In this document: piece after piece, positions 33,332-43,007 of the stretch
How the letters are laid out: every line of letters starts with the position of its first letter
How positions within the stretch are numbered: the first letter of the stretch is position 1
IMG/VR virus record: IMGVR_UViG_2061766007_000208
DNA length: 63,992 nucleotides
Strand: one strand, 5' to 3'
Source of the DNA: an uncultured virus (IMG/VR IMGVR_UViG_2061766007_000208)
Taxonomy: Duplodnaviria > Heunggongvirae > Uroviricota > Caudoviricetes
Program-made: the position numbers and the translations under genes
The notes under the pieces: generated by a model
What the model was told of the DNA's origin: nothing
The model's input: only the letters and a program-made list of their open reading frames with translations
Database searches by the model: none

Positions 33332-33739
33332 TTACTTGCCATCGGGCTCACCGCCTTCCATCTGCTCCATGGCCAGCGCCATGTGCAGCTGCCGATGCTG
33401 CCGATCCGGCATAACCAGCAGGTTTTCCGGCCTATTGTCCGATGCATCTCCGTTCATGTGGTGTACGACTTCTCCTTTTTCGAGCGGCCTCCCGATATAC
33501 GCCTCTGCTGCAGCGCGGGCTTTCCGAGAATCGGCCTTGCCCCGATCTGCGATATGGCAGAGGGGGTTTCGCTGCCGGTTGAGCTCCGTGAGATGGGTTG
33601 CCTTATGCATGTGGGCCAGCTTGACAAAGTCCACGTTCTCGCTCATCCACAGGTTTCGGTGCTCAATGGAACAGAAGTTCTTTCGGCTTGGCTTTCTGCG
33701 CTCGATCGGCTTCCCGCATACCACGCAGTAGACCGTCAT
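33332..33739 (-). CDS. Free-standing HNH (homing-type) endonuclease with N-terminal Zn finger
   Basis: CVVC...FCS.EH; IGRPLEKGEVVHHMNGDASDNRPENL...H. A second allele lies inverted at 35970-36267. Confidence 0.85.
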   Translation of the reverse strand: MTVYCVVCGKPIERRKPSRKNFCSIEHRNLWMSENVDFVKLAHMHKATHLTELNRQRNPLCHIADRGKADSRKARAAAEAYIGRPLEKGEVVHHMNGDASDNRPENLLVMPDRQHRQLHMALAMEQMEGGEPDGK

Positions 33740-33823
33740 TTGCCACCTCCGATCCCGAAGGTGNNNNNNNNNNACTCGGCTTTCTTCGCTCGACCGGCTT
33801 ACCGCATACCACGCAGTAGACCG

Positions 33824-34256
33824 TCATTTGCCACCTCCGATCCCAAAGGTGCGCAGGGCAAAGTTGTACGCTCTGACCTGATGCTGATAAGGCGTCGCCT
33901 TGATCGGCATCGGGAAGATCGGATCTTCGTCGCCTGCGTCCTGGATCTCAACCGCAGAGGCAAGAGAATCGTCCAAAGCCGCTCCGAGCAAACCAAGTAG
34001 CGCCGCATTTTCCTTGGAATAAGGCACCACCCAGGCTTTATCGTCCGCGTCATAGAATCTGCCGGTGATCTCNNNNNNNNNNGTCATCCAAAGCCGCTCC
34101 GAGCAAACCAAGCAGTGCCGCATTTTCCTTGGAGTAGGGCACCACCCAGGCTTTATCGTCCGCGTCATAGAATCTGCCGGTGATCTCTTTAATGCTCTCT
34201 TTGGCGAGGAAGGCATCGTACACGCGAATATGATTTCCGTCTCTTATCGCATTCAA
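33824..34256 (-). CDS. N-terminal piece of the SNF2 helicase (HARP-like region + Q motif)
   Basis: KESIKEITGRFYDADDKAWVVP...MPIKATPYQHQVRAYNFA, then a stop overlapping the HNH start. Confidence 0.65.
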
Positions 34257-35363
34257 TGTCTTGTCTCCTTCAAACTAGGTTTTGCGAAGGCGGCGAGGAT
34301 GCGCTGCATCGTTTCCTGATCCTCCGGCTGCAGTCCGGGGAGAANNNNNNNNNNGAACTTGGTTTTGCGAAAGCGGAGAGGATGCGCTGCATCGTTTCCT
34401 GATCCTCCGGCTGCAGTCCGGGGAGAANNNNNNNNNNNNNNNNNNNNNNNNNNNNNNNNNNNNNNNNNNNNNNNNNNNNNNNNNNNNNNNNNAAGAGCCA
34501 GTATGTCGCGCTCAATCGTCCTTCTGCTGACGCCAAATTCTGCCGCCAGACTTTCGATCTGCACGGTTCTTCGGTCGCTGATCGCTTCCAGCACAAGCTG
34601 TCTGCGCTCAACCGCGCTCTGCATGTTCTCACCTCCTTCTGCCTTCGCTGCCCGTATTCTCGGGGCTGAATACGACACCTAATGTCGTATTCAAAAATGT
34701 TTTTCACTATTTCGGGCAACAAAAAAAGCCCGCATCCACAGGGAGGAGGGTTCCTGCGGATGCGGGCATAANNNNNNNNNNTACCCAGATTATCCATTCG
34801 AAAGCAGCTTCGTAAGCCCACGCGCAATTGAATAGTGAAACTCGATGACGCCTGGAAACGCAGGAGTCGGCATGGAATCGGCAGGTACGTCGTGCGTCAT
34901 CGTNNNNNNNNNNNNNNNNNNNNNNNNNNNNNNNNNNNNNNNNNNNNNNNNNNNNNNNNNNNNNNNNNNNNNNNNNNNNNNNNNNNNNNNNNNNNNNNNN
35001 NNNNNNNNNNNNNNNNNNNNNNNNNNNNNNNNNNNNNNNNNNNNNNNNNNNNNNNNNNNNNNNNNNNNNNNNNNNNNNNNNNNNNNNNNNNNNNNNNNNN
35101 NNNNNNNNNNNNNNNNNNNNNNNNNNNNNNNNNNNNNNNNNNNNNNNNNNNNNNNNNNNNNNNNNNNNNNNNNNNNNNNNNNNNNNNNNNNNNNNNNNNN
35201 NNNNNNNNNNNNNNNNNNNNNNNNNNNNNNNNNNNNNNNNNNNNNNNNNNNNNNNNNNNNNNNNNNNNNNNNNNNNNNNNNNNNNNNNNNNNNNNNNNNN
35301 NNNNNNNNNNNNNNNNNNNNNNNNNNNNNNNNNNNNNNNNNNNNNNNNNNNNNNNNNNNNNNN

Positions 35364-35613
35364 GGGAGCGGAGGAGTGCCTCCTGATCGTCATGCAGGTA
35401 CCGGCGGGAGACATACCATCCGTCCATGGCTCGGACGCCGCCTGCTCCGCCTTTTACCGTGACAATGGGGTAAGAACATGAGAGAGCCAGTATGTCGCGC
35501 TCGATCGTCCTTCTGCTGACGCCGAATTCTGCCGCCAGACTCTCGATCTGCACGGCTCTTCGGTCGCTGATCGCTTCCAGCACAAGCTGTCTGCGCTCAA
35601 CCGTGCTCTGCAT
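35364..35613 (-). CDS. Stand-alone winged HTH (HTH_11/DeoR-like) regulator of about 113 aa; second allele at 34253-34625
   Basis: ERRQLVLE...LAAEFGVSRRTIERDILAL...G.GGGV; AAGGAGGTG RBS. Confidence 0.82.
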
Positions 35614-35655
35614 GTTCTCACCTCCTTCCGTCTTCGCTGCCCGTATTCTCGGGGC

Positions 35656-35682
35656 TGAATACGACAGGTAATGTCGTATTCA
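35656..35682. promoter_or_regulatory. Perfect 11-bp inverted-repeat operator TGAATACGACA-N5-TGTCGTATTCA; second allele at 34667-34693
   Basis: About 45 bp upstream of the HTH gene. The two alleles differ only in the spacer (ggtaa vs cctaa). Confidence 0.75.
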
Positions 35683-35710
35683 AAAATGTTTTTCACTTTT
35701 TTCGGGCAAC

Positions 35711-35814
35711 AAAAAAGCCCGCATCCACAGGGAGGAGGGTTCCTGCGGATGCGGGTATAAAAAAGGATCCGGCAAGTAGACTTCTCCCTTGAGAGTTATC
35801 TATTTGCCGGATCC
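35711..35814 (-). terminator. Two tandem intrinsic-terminator-like hairpins
   Basis: GGATCCGGCAA..TTGCCGGATCC (35765-35814) and CCCGCATCC..GGATGCGGG (35718-35755), each followed by a U-run on the minus strand. Confidence 0.75.
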
Positions 35815-36256
35815 CTAACGATTCTTTGCCGAGTCCAATCTACCATAGGCAAATTTTAACGATGACGCACGACGTACCTGCCGATTCCATGCCGACTCCT
35901 GCGTTTCCNNNNNNNNNNNNNNNNNNNNNNNNNNNNNNNNNNNNNNNNNNNNNNNNNNNNNNNNNNNNNTTTTGTCAAGCTGGCCCACATGCACAAAGCT
36001 GCGCATCTCACAGAACTCAACCGGCAGCGCAACCCCCTCTGCCATATCGCAGACCGGGGCAAAGCCGATTCTCGGAAAGCCCGCGCTGCAGCAGAGGCGT
36101 ATATCGGGAGGCCGCTCGAAAAAGGCGAAGTCGTACACCACATGAACGGAGATGCATCGGACAACAGCCCAGAAAACCTGCTGGTTATGCCGGATCGGCA
36201 GCATCGGCAACTGCACATGGCACTGGCCATGGAGCAGATGGAAGGCGGTGAGACCG

Positions 36257-37359
36257 ATGGCAAGTAAAGGCTGTGCCTTCCTCATGGACATGGGCACTGG
36301 CAAAACGATCACGACCATCGCGGTGGCTGGCACCCTGTTTCGGAAGCACAAGATCACGCAGATGCTGGTCGTCTGCCCGAAATCCATCGTTGATGTCTGG
36401 GAACAGGAATTTGAGAAGTTCGCAGCGTTCCCGTATCAGCTGGCGGTGCTCGACGGTACCTGCGCTAAAAAGGCAGACACCATCCGGTACATGATGGGCA
36501 CTGGCCTTCAGGTGATCGTAGTCAACTACGAAAGCTGTTGGCGTCTGGAGGATGAGCTTACCCGCTGGCAGCCCGACATGATCGTCTGTGACGAATCGAG
36601 CAAGATCAAGAACCCGCAGGCGAAATGCTCAAAGGCCCTGCACCGGCTCGGCAAGATCAGCAGCTACAACCTGATCCTGACGGGCACGCCGATCACAAAC
36701 AGCCCGCTGGACTTTTTCAGCCAGTACAAGTTCCTCGACGAAAGTATCTTCGGCTGCAGCTTTTATAGCTTCCGAGCCTATTACGCCATCCTCGGCGGAT
36801 ACCAGAATCATCAGATCGTTGGGTACAAGCACCTGGTGGAACTGGTCGAAAAGGCACATTCCATCGCCTACCGGATCCGAATTGACGAAGCGGTTGATCT
36901 CCCGGAATTCGTGGAAGAAGTCCGGCCGGTCAAACTGGAGCAGAACGCGCAGCGGATCTACGACAGCATTGAGAAAGACAGTTTCGCCGAGCTCATGAAC
37001 GGCGAGATCACAACGCGCAATGTACTGACCCAGCTGCTTCGTCTCTCCCAGGTCACCGGCGGATTCATCCGCAGCGATGATGGCGGTGACGCCCAACAGC
37101 TCTCGATGGCCAAACTCGATGCGCTGGAAGATGTGATCGACAGCTGTATGGAAGAAGGCAAAAAGGTCATCGTGTTTGCCCGCTTCGTGCCGGAAATCGA
37201 CGCAATCGCCCGGATGCTCAAAAAGAAGGACATCGGGTACGCGCTGATCAAAGGCGATGTGAAGGACCGGGCCGAACAGGTCGAGGCCTTCCAGACAGAT
37301 CCCAAAACTCGGGTGTTTGTCGGGCAGCTGCAGACCACCGGCATGGGACTCACGCTCAC
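36257..37359 (+). CDS. SNF2-family helicase core (contig inverted in scaffold)
   Basis: LMDMGTGKT, VVCPKS, IVCDESS, LILTGTP and QLLRLSQ. Confidence 0.92.
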
Positions 37360-37407
37360 NNNNNNNNNNTGGCATCATCGAGTTTCACTATTCAATTGCG
37401 CGTGGGT

Positions 37408-37632
37408 TTACGAAGCTGCCTTCGAATGGATAATCTGGGTGCTGACCTTGCCGTCCGGATCCACCTGGATCAAGATGACGCTTTGGCATTTGGGGCAATC
37501 CTGCTCCAGCTCGGAGCCGGGGACGGCTTTGCACAACCGTCTCCCGCAAGCGGGGCAGGTGGCGTAAAGCTTCGAGTTGTTCAATTCCTGAGTGCTCCTT
37601 CCGATCGTAAGAATTAAGGGCACCGCTGTCAT
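37408..37632 (-). CDS. Small Zn-ribbon protein (Com-like)
   Basis: CPACGRRL...CPKC; coupled to the upstream gene by a TGATG overlap. Confidence 0.7.
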   Translation of the reverse strand: MTAVPLILTIGRSTQELNNSKLYATCPACGRRLCKAVPGSELEQDCPKCQSVILIQVDPDGKVSTQIIHSKAAS

Positions 37633-37832
37633 CACAGGCTGGCGACGATGCGTTTGCCGATAGCCGCGAGCTGCTCGCAGGTATAGTGCGGGATAACCTT
37701 CAGCGGCCGGATCGTCAACACGCGGGATTCCGTCTTGCACTTCTCACATTCCATCCAGCCGTCCGTCTCCTGCAGAAAGAGGCTGTGGTTGACCGTCCCG
37801 CAGACGGGACACTTAATATCATACGCTCTCAT
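37632..37832 (-). CDS. Small Zn-ribbon protein
   Basis: CPVCGTVN...CEKC; AAGGAGG RBS. Confidence 0.7.
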   Translation of the reverse strand: MRAYDIKCPVCGTVNHSLFLQETDGWMECEKCKTESRVLTIRPLKVIPHYTCEQLAAIGKRIVASL

Positions 37833-37836
37833 CTTT

Positions 37837-38103
37837 TTAATCCTCCTTGCCCTCAAACCATTCAGTAATGCGTATGTCATAGATGTCGCAGAAGAAGATT
37901 TTCTCCTTGCCGAGCTTCAGATACCGGAATGCCGTGCTGATCTCCGTGACCGTACCGGTTTTTGTGACGTCATGGAATTTGCAGTAGCAATCCAGCTGGA
38001 CGTGCATGCCCTTTGTGAGCTTGGCAAACACCTCGGAGTTTTTCTCCTGCTGTTCTTCAGATATTTCATGCCGCTCCACACGGCTGTGCCGTTCCTCTCG
38101 GTC
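37837..38103 (-). CDS. YolD-like protein (3' part)
   Basis: ISEEQQE...L.KGM.V...Y...TG.V..I...L...I.F.DIYDI, directly downstream of the Y-family polymerase. Confidence 0.7.
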   Translation of the reverse strand, partial: DREERHSRVERHEISEEQQEKNSEVFAKLTKGMHVQLDCYCKFHDVTKTGTVTEISTAFRYLKLGKEKIFFCDIYDIRITEWFEGKED

Positions 38104-38182
38104 NNNNNNNNNNNNNNNNNNNNNNNNNNNNNNNNNNNNNNNNNNNNNNNNNNNNNNNNNNNNNNNNNNNNNNNNNNNNNNN

Positions 38183-39532
38183 TTTCTGGGTGGCACCCTT
38201 CAAGAAGTTGGTGCCGCGGAGCACAGCGTTTTTGCCGTATCGATCGTCTATTGCCAAGATCGCTTGTTCCCGGGCTTTTTCGCGTTCAACAGCCGCCCAG
38301 TCCGTGAAGAAGTCGTATCCCTCGCAGCCTTCGTCGCACACATCACAGAAGCTGATAGCCAGCCGCCTGATCGGGGTGTGCTTGTCGGCGATCCGGTCGA
38401 AGAGCTCCATCACGCTGGGCTGGATTAGGGAATTCACGCTGGTGGCGCTGAACAGCCTGGTCGTCCCCTTGGTGGAAGGGATCGTGTCAAAGGCATATCC
38501 GATGCCGATCCAGACCTTGCCTGTGATGACCTTCCGTCGCATTAGCTCATGGCACCCGTGCAGGACCATTTCCTGCATGACGATCCGCGCTTCGTCGAAC
38601 GTATAGTTCCGAGGGAGAATCTGGGAAGAGGAGACTGAATGGGTCTTGGCGCGGTAGTTTTTGATATCCTCCATCAAGCAGCTTTCCCGGCCCCAGGCAT
38701 GATCGATCAGGAGTTCCGCATCCTTGCCGAATGCCTTATAGATCAGTTCCGGAGGCGACTCCGCAATCCCGCGCATCGTGAAAATGCCGTATCGCTCCAG
38801 GCGCCGCTGGGTTCCGCCGGCCACTTGCCAAAAGTCGGTGATCGGCTTATGGTCCCACAGTGTTTCCTGATAAAGCTCCTCAGTGAGGTAGCCGATGTGG
38901 TCCTTCGCGTGCTTGGCCGTAATGTCCAGCGCGATCTTGGCCAGGTAGAGGTTGGTGCCGATGCCTGCCGTTGACGGGATGTGCAGCTTTTCGGCGATCT
39001 CATTCATCAGCTTTTTCGCCAGATCCTGGGCCGTCATTTGCATTGCGTCCAGGTAGTGGGTAGCGTCGATGAAGGATTCGTCGATGGAATACACGTGAAT
39101 GTCCCGCGGATCGAAGTAGTTGAGNNNNNNNNNNTTTTTCGCCAACTCCTGGGCCGTCATTTGCATTGCGTCCAGATAGTGGGTCGCGTCGATGAATGAT
39201 TCGTCGATGGAATACACGTGAATGTCCCGCGGATCGAAGTAGTTGAGATACAGCGCATAGATGTCCGCCGCGTACTCGATATACAGCGCCATGCGGGGCG
39301 GGGCGATCTCGTATTTGACGTTTTTCGGAATCTCTGACAGTCGGCAGCGGTTTTTTATGCCCTGTGCCTTCATCTTCGGGGTGATGGCAAGGCACAAGGC
39401 ATTCTTTCCGCGTGTGATGTCCGCAACGACGAGGTTTGTCTCGAACGGGTTGTACCTGCGTTCTGCACACTCGACCGAGGCATAAAAGCTCTTCATGTCA
39501 ATGCAGAAATATGTTCGCTCTTTCTCCTTCAT
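38183..39532 (-). CDS. Y-family (UmuC/ImpB/UvrX-like) translesion DNA polymerase
   Basis: CIDMKSFYASVEC, YSIDESFID, GIGTNLYLAKIALD and RYGKNAVLRG. Confidence 0.93.
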
Positions 39533-39559
39533 CGCAGGTACACTCCGTCTGTTATTGCG

Positions 39560-39814
39560 TCATCCCCCAAGCGCCCACAGCGCATCGAAGCTGGGTTCGT
39601 TATCCGCCTGGATTCGATCAACGAACGCCTGCAGCCTCTCTTTCGAAAACAGCTGCGAGCCCTTAACGTGCATGATCATGCCTCCGGTGTGCTTGTTGTA
39701 CACCTGAATATTGCCGCTGCCCACCTGGGCGACCAGAAATCCGTCCGTCTCAACGACGAGTGTCTCTCTGCGGCGATGCGGTGGGTTCGTACTCATGATC
39801 TTTTCCTCCGTCAC
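39560..39814 (-). CDS. Hypothetical protein in the LexA/UmuC operon
   Basis: ORF of about 80 aa overlapping the lexA stop. Confidence 0.55.
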   Translation of the reverse strand: MTEEKIMSTNPPHRRRETLVVETDGFLVAQVGSGNIQVYNKHTGGMIMHVKGSQLFSKERLQAFVDRIQADNEPSFDALWALGG

Positions 39815-40407
39815 TCCAGGTCCTTGAGCACCTTGACCGCGACGCCCTGGATCTGGCAGCTATCGACGTAGATATCCTCCATACGGGAGTTCTCCGGATG
39901 CAGACGGACCCGATTGTTCTCCGGATCCGGATAGTACCGCTTGAGGGTTGCGTCGTCTTCCACCAGGGCAACGACGATCTGGCCGCGCTCAGCGTAGTTC
40001 TGCTGCCGGATCAGGACGAGATCTCCATCCTCAATGCCCACTTCGACCATCGAGTCACCATAGGCGCGCAGAAGGAAGAAGTCTCCATTGCCGAACAGAG
40101 CAACCGGAAGCTTGACGTATTCCTCGATGTTTTCCTCCGCGAACTTCGGGATGCCGCAGGCGATGCGCCCGAGAACGGGGACCCGGACGACCTGTACCTT
40201 GGCTTTCGTAGAGGTGATGCTGCGGACGCCGGAATAGTCGATCACGCCATCCTCGCACAGTTGAGTGATGTATCTGTGCACGGTCGCTTTTGATACTCCG
40301 ACGGCGTTAGCAATCTCCTGCATCGTAGGGGATATACCATTGCTGTCCGTGAAGTTGCAGACGTACTTCTCGATCTCGGTCAACAGGCCCTTGTCTTTGC
40401 TTCTCAT
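39811..40407 (-). CDS. lexA: LexA-like repressor (winged HTH + S24 peptidase)
   Basis: PTMQEIA..VG, cleavage loop IACG, catalytic GDSM and ATLKR. Confidence 0.9.
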   Translation of the reverse strand: MRSKDKGLLTEIEKYVCNFTDSNGISPTMQEIANAVGVSKATVHRYITQLCEDGVIDYSGVRSITSTKAKVQVVRVPVLGRIACGIPKFAEENIEEYVKLPVALFGNGDFFLLRAYGDSMVEVGIEDGDLVLIRQQNYAERGQIVVALVEDDATLKRYYPDPENNRVRLHPENSRMEDIYVDSCQIQGVAVKVLKDLE

Positions 40408-40424
40408 GCGAAACTCCTCCTATA

Positions 40425-40480
40425 TGAAACGCGCGTTTCACTTACGATTGCATTATACTCAGAGCGAAGGGGTGCGTCAA
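40425..40480 (-). promoter_or_regulatory. sigmaA promoter TTGACG-17-TATAAT with a downstream 16-bp palindrome TGAAACGCGCGTTTCA (putative LexA-like operator)
   Basis: -35 at 40475-40480, -10 at 40452-40457; palindrome at 40425-40440 between the -10 and the RBS. Confidence 0.8.
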
Positions 40481-40543
40481 GGGGTTTGAGACAGAAATTT
40501 CTGTTTCATGACATGAGGTAACTTTTTCGTTACACGAATGGGT

Positions 40544-40577
40544 AAAAAGGTCCCCGCAGCTTTTTGGGCTGCGGGGA
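40544..40577 (-). terminator. Intrinsic terminator closing the defence operon
   Basis: TCCCCGCAGC/GCTGCGGGGA stem followed by CCTTTTT on the minus strand. Confidence 0.8.
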
Positions 40578-40594
40578 GACATAGAGCATAATGA

Positions 40595-41404
40595 TTACTG
40601 AACTATCTTATTTAGCACTTTCTCAAGACAAGTCTTGCTGGAGGATAAGCTTACCTGCTGATTGCTTCCGGGCGCTTGAATTGCATTTGCATATCGAACG
40701 TAGTTTATGAAGTAGTTGTAAAGCGCTTGTTCAAATCTCCCATCCGAGATTGCATTAGGAGAAGAATTCTCTGTCCAGCCCCAATCTCCCATGGCATGAT
40801 AAACGAAACTGTCGATCACTATTCCGGAAAGGTGATAGCTGCTAAAATAGTTGTCCCTAACAAATCTCATATGCTTGCAGGTATCAAATAGCAATCCTCT
40901 GCTCGAATTGTTTTTGGACTTCATAGCATCCTGTTCAGCCTTTGGATTTGTCGAGCGCCAGTTGCCTCCCATATTTGCGTCTGGATACTGATAGCTTGTT
41001 TTCCCATACCAATCAATACTTGCAAAAGCAGGAAGCACTTCGAACTTCATTCCATCCGAAAAATTGAGAACAACGACCTGACCATCTGCGTGGATATCGG
41101 TACGGGGGTATGTGCTGCTGATAGCGGTTTTTACTGCCTGCAGCAAACGAGATTGGCCGTTACCCTTATAGTAATCGAAGCGTTCATATTCTGAACGTGG
41201 TAGTTCGAGAAGAATGTCGATATCACTGGTGTCGACGGCTGTTCCACGCCCATAAGAGCCGACGTATAAGCTGTGAGCGGTATCGCTCGTAGTATTCCAA
41301 AACTCACGATTCACTGCTTTTGTTATGGCTTTGTATCGAGTGGATATCAATGACCGCGTGGCCTTTGGTATGACCTCGCCGCATTTTTCAACGTGAAAAC
41401 TCAT
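40595..41404 (-). CDS. SMODS / CD-NTase-like nucleotidyltransferase (CBASS-type cyclase)
   Basis: VGSYGRGTAVDTSDIDIL (GS...DxD), SRLLQAVK, GQVVV, FEVLPAF, W..TNP..E and LSGIVID. Confidence 0.85.
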   Translation of the reverse strand: MSFHVEKCGEVIPKATRSLISTRYKAITKAVNREFWNTTSDTAHSLYVGSYGRGTAVDTSDIDILLELPRSEYERFDYYKGNGQSRLLQAVKTAISSTYPRTDIHADGQVVVLNFSDGMKFEVLPAFASIDWYGKTSYQYPDANMGGNWRSTNPKAEQDAMKSKNNSSRGLLFDTCKHMRFVRDNYFSSYHLSGIVIDSFVYHAMGDWGWTENSSPNAISDGRFEQALYNYFINYVRYANAIQAPGSNQQVSLSSSKTCLEKVLNKIVQ

Positions 41405-41982
41405 GATTTGTCTCCTTGGCGCAACGTCGGGGGAAGGTAGGAGTCAATCTCTTCGGTTGTAAACGAGTTGTCTCCCTTCACTTGAAGCGCTTCTTTTGCT
41501 TTTTTTACTGCTCTATCAGTTGTATTTGGGGCATCCTTATATATCTTGTCTGCTTTATTCATAAGCTCATGGTATTTTTCTTCAAGCTCTGATGGCGATT
41601 TCTCATGAATTTTGATCGAAGTGAGGAGTTCAGTGATATCGTTCCTCAGAATGAGCAGCTTGTTTGCCGCGTCTTTATGTGCTTTGGCCAGTGTGTTGAG
41701 GTCAAAGGATTTAAAATATGCAGCAATAAAAACCGTCACGAATGAAAGACCTGCCGAAACAATCTTTAACCAGAGTTGATCAACAAAGATGGTTGAGAGT
41801 ATTCCGACTGAAGTCAGAGAAGCGCAGATTATACTGACTGTTTCCATCCCACGGTATCGGCTCTGATAAATATCCGCTTGCTTCTCTTGAATCTTGTGGG
41901 ACCAGACTGCTCGCGCAAACATGTCGCGGACGGCATCTTCGAGTATATTGAGTTTATCTTCCATTTTCTGACTCCTTATCAA
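41401..41982 (-). CDS. SLATT-type two-transmembrane effector
   Basis: VWSHKIQEKQAD, two hydrophobic helices, HK.AA..L and AP.T; its stop overlaps the NTase start. Confidence 0.82.
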   Translation of the reverse strand: MIRSQKMEDKLNILEDAVRDMFARAVWSHKIQEKQADIYQSRYRGMETVSIICASLTSVGILSTIFVDQLWLKIVSAGLSFVTVFIAAYFKSFDLNTLAKAHKDAANKLLILRNDITELLTSIKIHEKSPSELEEKYHELMNKADKIYKDAPNTTDRAVKKAKEALQVKGDNSFTTEEIDSYLPPTLRQGDKS

Positions 41983-42044
41983 ATGACCAGTGGTTAATCG
42001 CCATCGTTTGCATGCATTGTGGGTATTAAAGCAGCCAAATACCG

Positions 42045-42971
42045 TTATAAGTCTTCACTAAAGAAATCTGAGTCGATTCGTTTTATCTCGTAAGTCTGCT
42101 CAACTGCCACGCCAAGGTTGTATCTAATCATCAGTTTTGTGAGCTGGTTGCCATCGATCAGAACAATGTTAGAACTAAGCAGATTGGCCGCAAAATCCTG
42201 TGCATCCTTTGTAAACTCAGTTGTAGTAATAAACAGCCCTTTTGTTGCCTTCTCTCCCTGTAAGGCACCGGCAAACTTCTGGACTTCGGGGCGGCTAACC
42301 TTATGATCTGCTGACCACTTTTTTGCCTGGATATAGATATTATTAAAGCCGAGTTGATCTTCTTTGATTATACCGTCAATGCCACCGTCACCTGTTGCAC
42401 GAGTAACCTTCCCGGCGTCTTCTATTCCATACCCATAACCCATCTTAAGAAGAAGCTTCACGACCAAAGTTTCAAACTCGGTCGGCTCTAATCCCATAAC
42501 CATATCCATGAGATCACTTGCAAGGGACGCGTTGACTTTGTCAAAAGCCGCATTCATGATCTCTGTTGGAGTCTTTTCTTCCTCATCCTGTGGAGTTGAA
42601 TTGTCTTGTGGCTTCGTTTCTCCAATGTTAATGGTATGAAATGCTTTAAACTCCGGATAGCGGTCGAGGTATTTAAGATCAATTGTGTCCCCAGATCTAA
42701 GAACTTTGAGACCTTCCTCTGTAATCTGATACTGACCTCGAGCAGGTGTTTTGATCAGGCCTGCCTTATCGAGATATGTACGTGCCCAGTTGATCCGATT
42801 GAGGTATGTCGCCTGCCTTTGGCTGGGTAACTGTTCGGCCATATCCTCTTCAGTCAGATTCATATCTAGAGCAATTGCTTTTTGAACGTCCTTGGATTTG
42901 TGTATCTCACCGTCACTGACTGCGCGAAGAAAAGAGCCAAAGAATTCGTAGAATTTCGGAACTGACATCAA
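42045..42971 (-). CDS. mrr: Mrr-family modification-dependent restriction endonuclease
   Basis: Mrr N-terminal wHTH (NRINWARTYL..AGLI); FE.LV..LL..MGYG, DGGIDG, YIQAK and KGLFITT. Confidence 0.93.
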   Translation of the reverse strand: MMSVPKFYEFFGSFLRAVSDGEIHKSKDVQKAIALDMNLTEEDMAEQLPSQRQATYLNRINWARTYLDKAGLIKTPARGQYQITEEGLKVLRSGDTIDLKYLDRYPEFKAFHTINIGETKPQDNSTPQDEEEKTPTEIMNAAFDKVNASLASDLMDMVMGLEPTEFETLVVKLLLKMGYGYGIEDAGKVTRATGDGGIDGIIKEDQLGFNNIYIQAKKWSADHKVSRPEVQKFAGALQGEKATKGLFITTTEFTKDAQDFAANLLSSNIVLIDGNQLTKLMIRYNLGVAVEQTYEIKRIDSDFFSEDL

Positions 42972-43007
42972 TTATCACCGATCCTTTTTACACATATGAT
43001 TATACGT

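Larger units (their letters stand above)
1..40480 (-). mobile_element. Siphovirus-type (HK97-fold) prophage/phage, assembled as a mosaic of several alleles; integrase and tape measure not in window
   Basis: Replication, packaging, head, tail and lysis modules in canonical order. Many genes are present as 2-3 near-identical fragments separated by N-runs. Confidence 0.93.

Noticed and set aside
33332..33739. Group I intron or intein around the HNH gene
   Set aside because: The HNH ORF overlaps both flanking ORFs, leaving no room for a ribozyme core. It is not in frame and lacks intein terminal residues.
35969..37359. Inverted helicase segment as a phase-variable inversion
   Set aside because: It is flanked by gaps on both sides with no visible inverted recombination sites, so contig mis-orientation is simpler.
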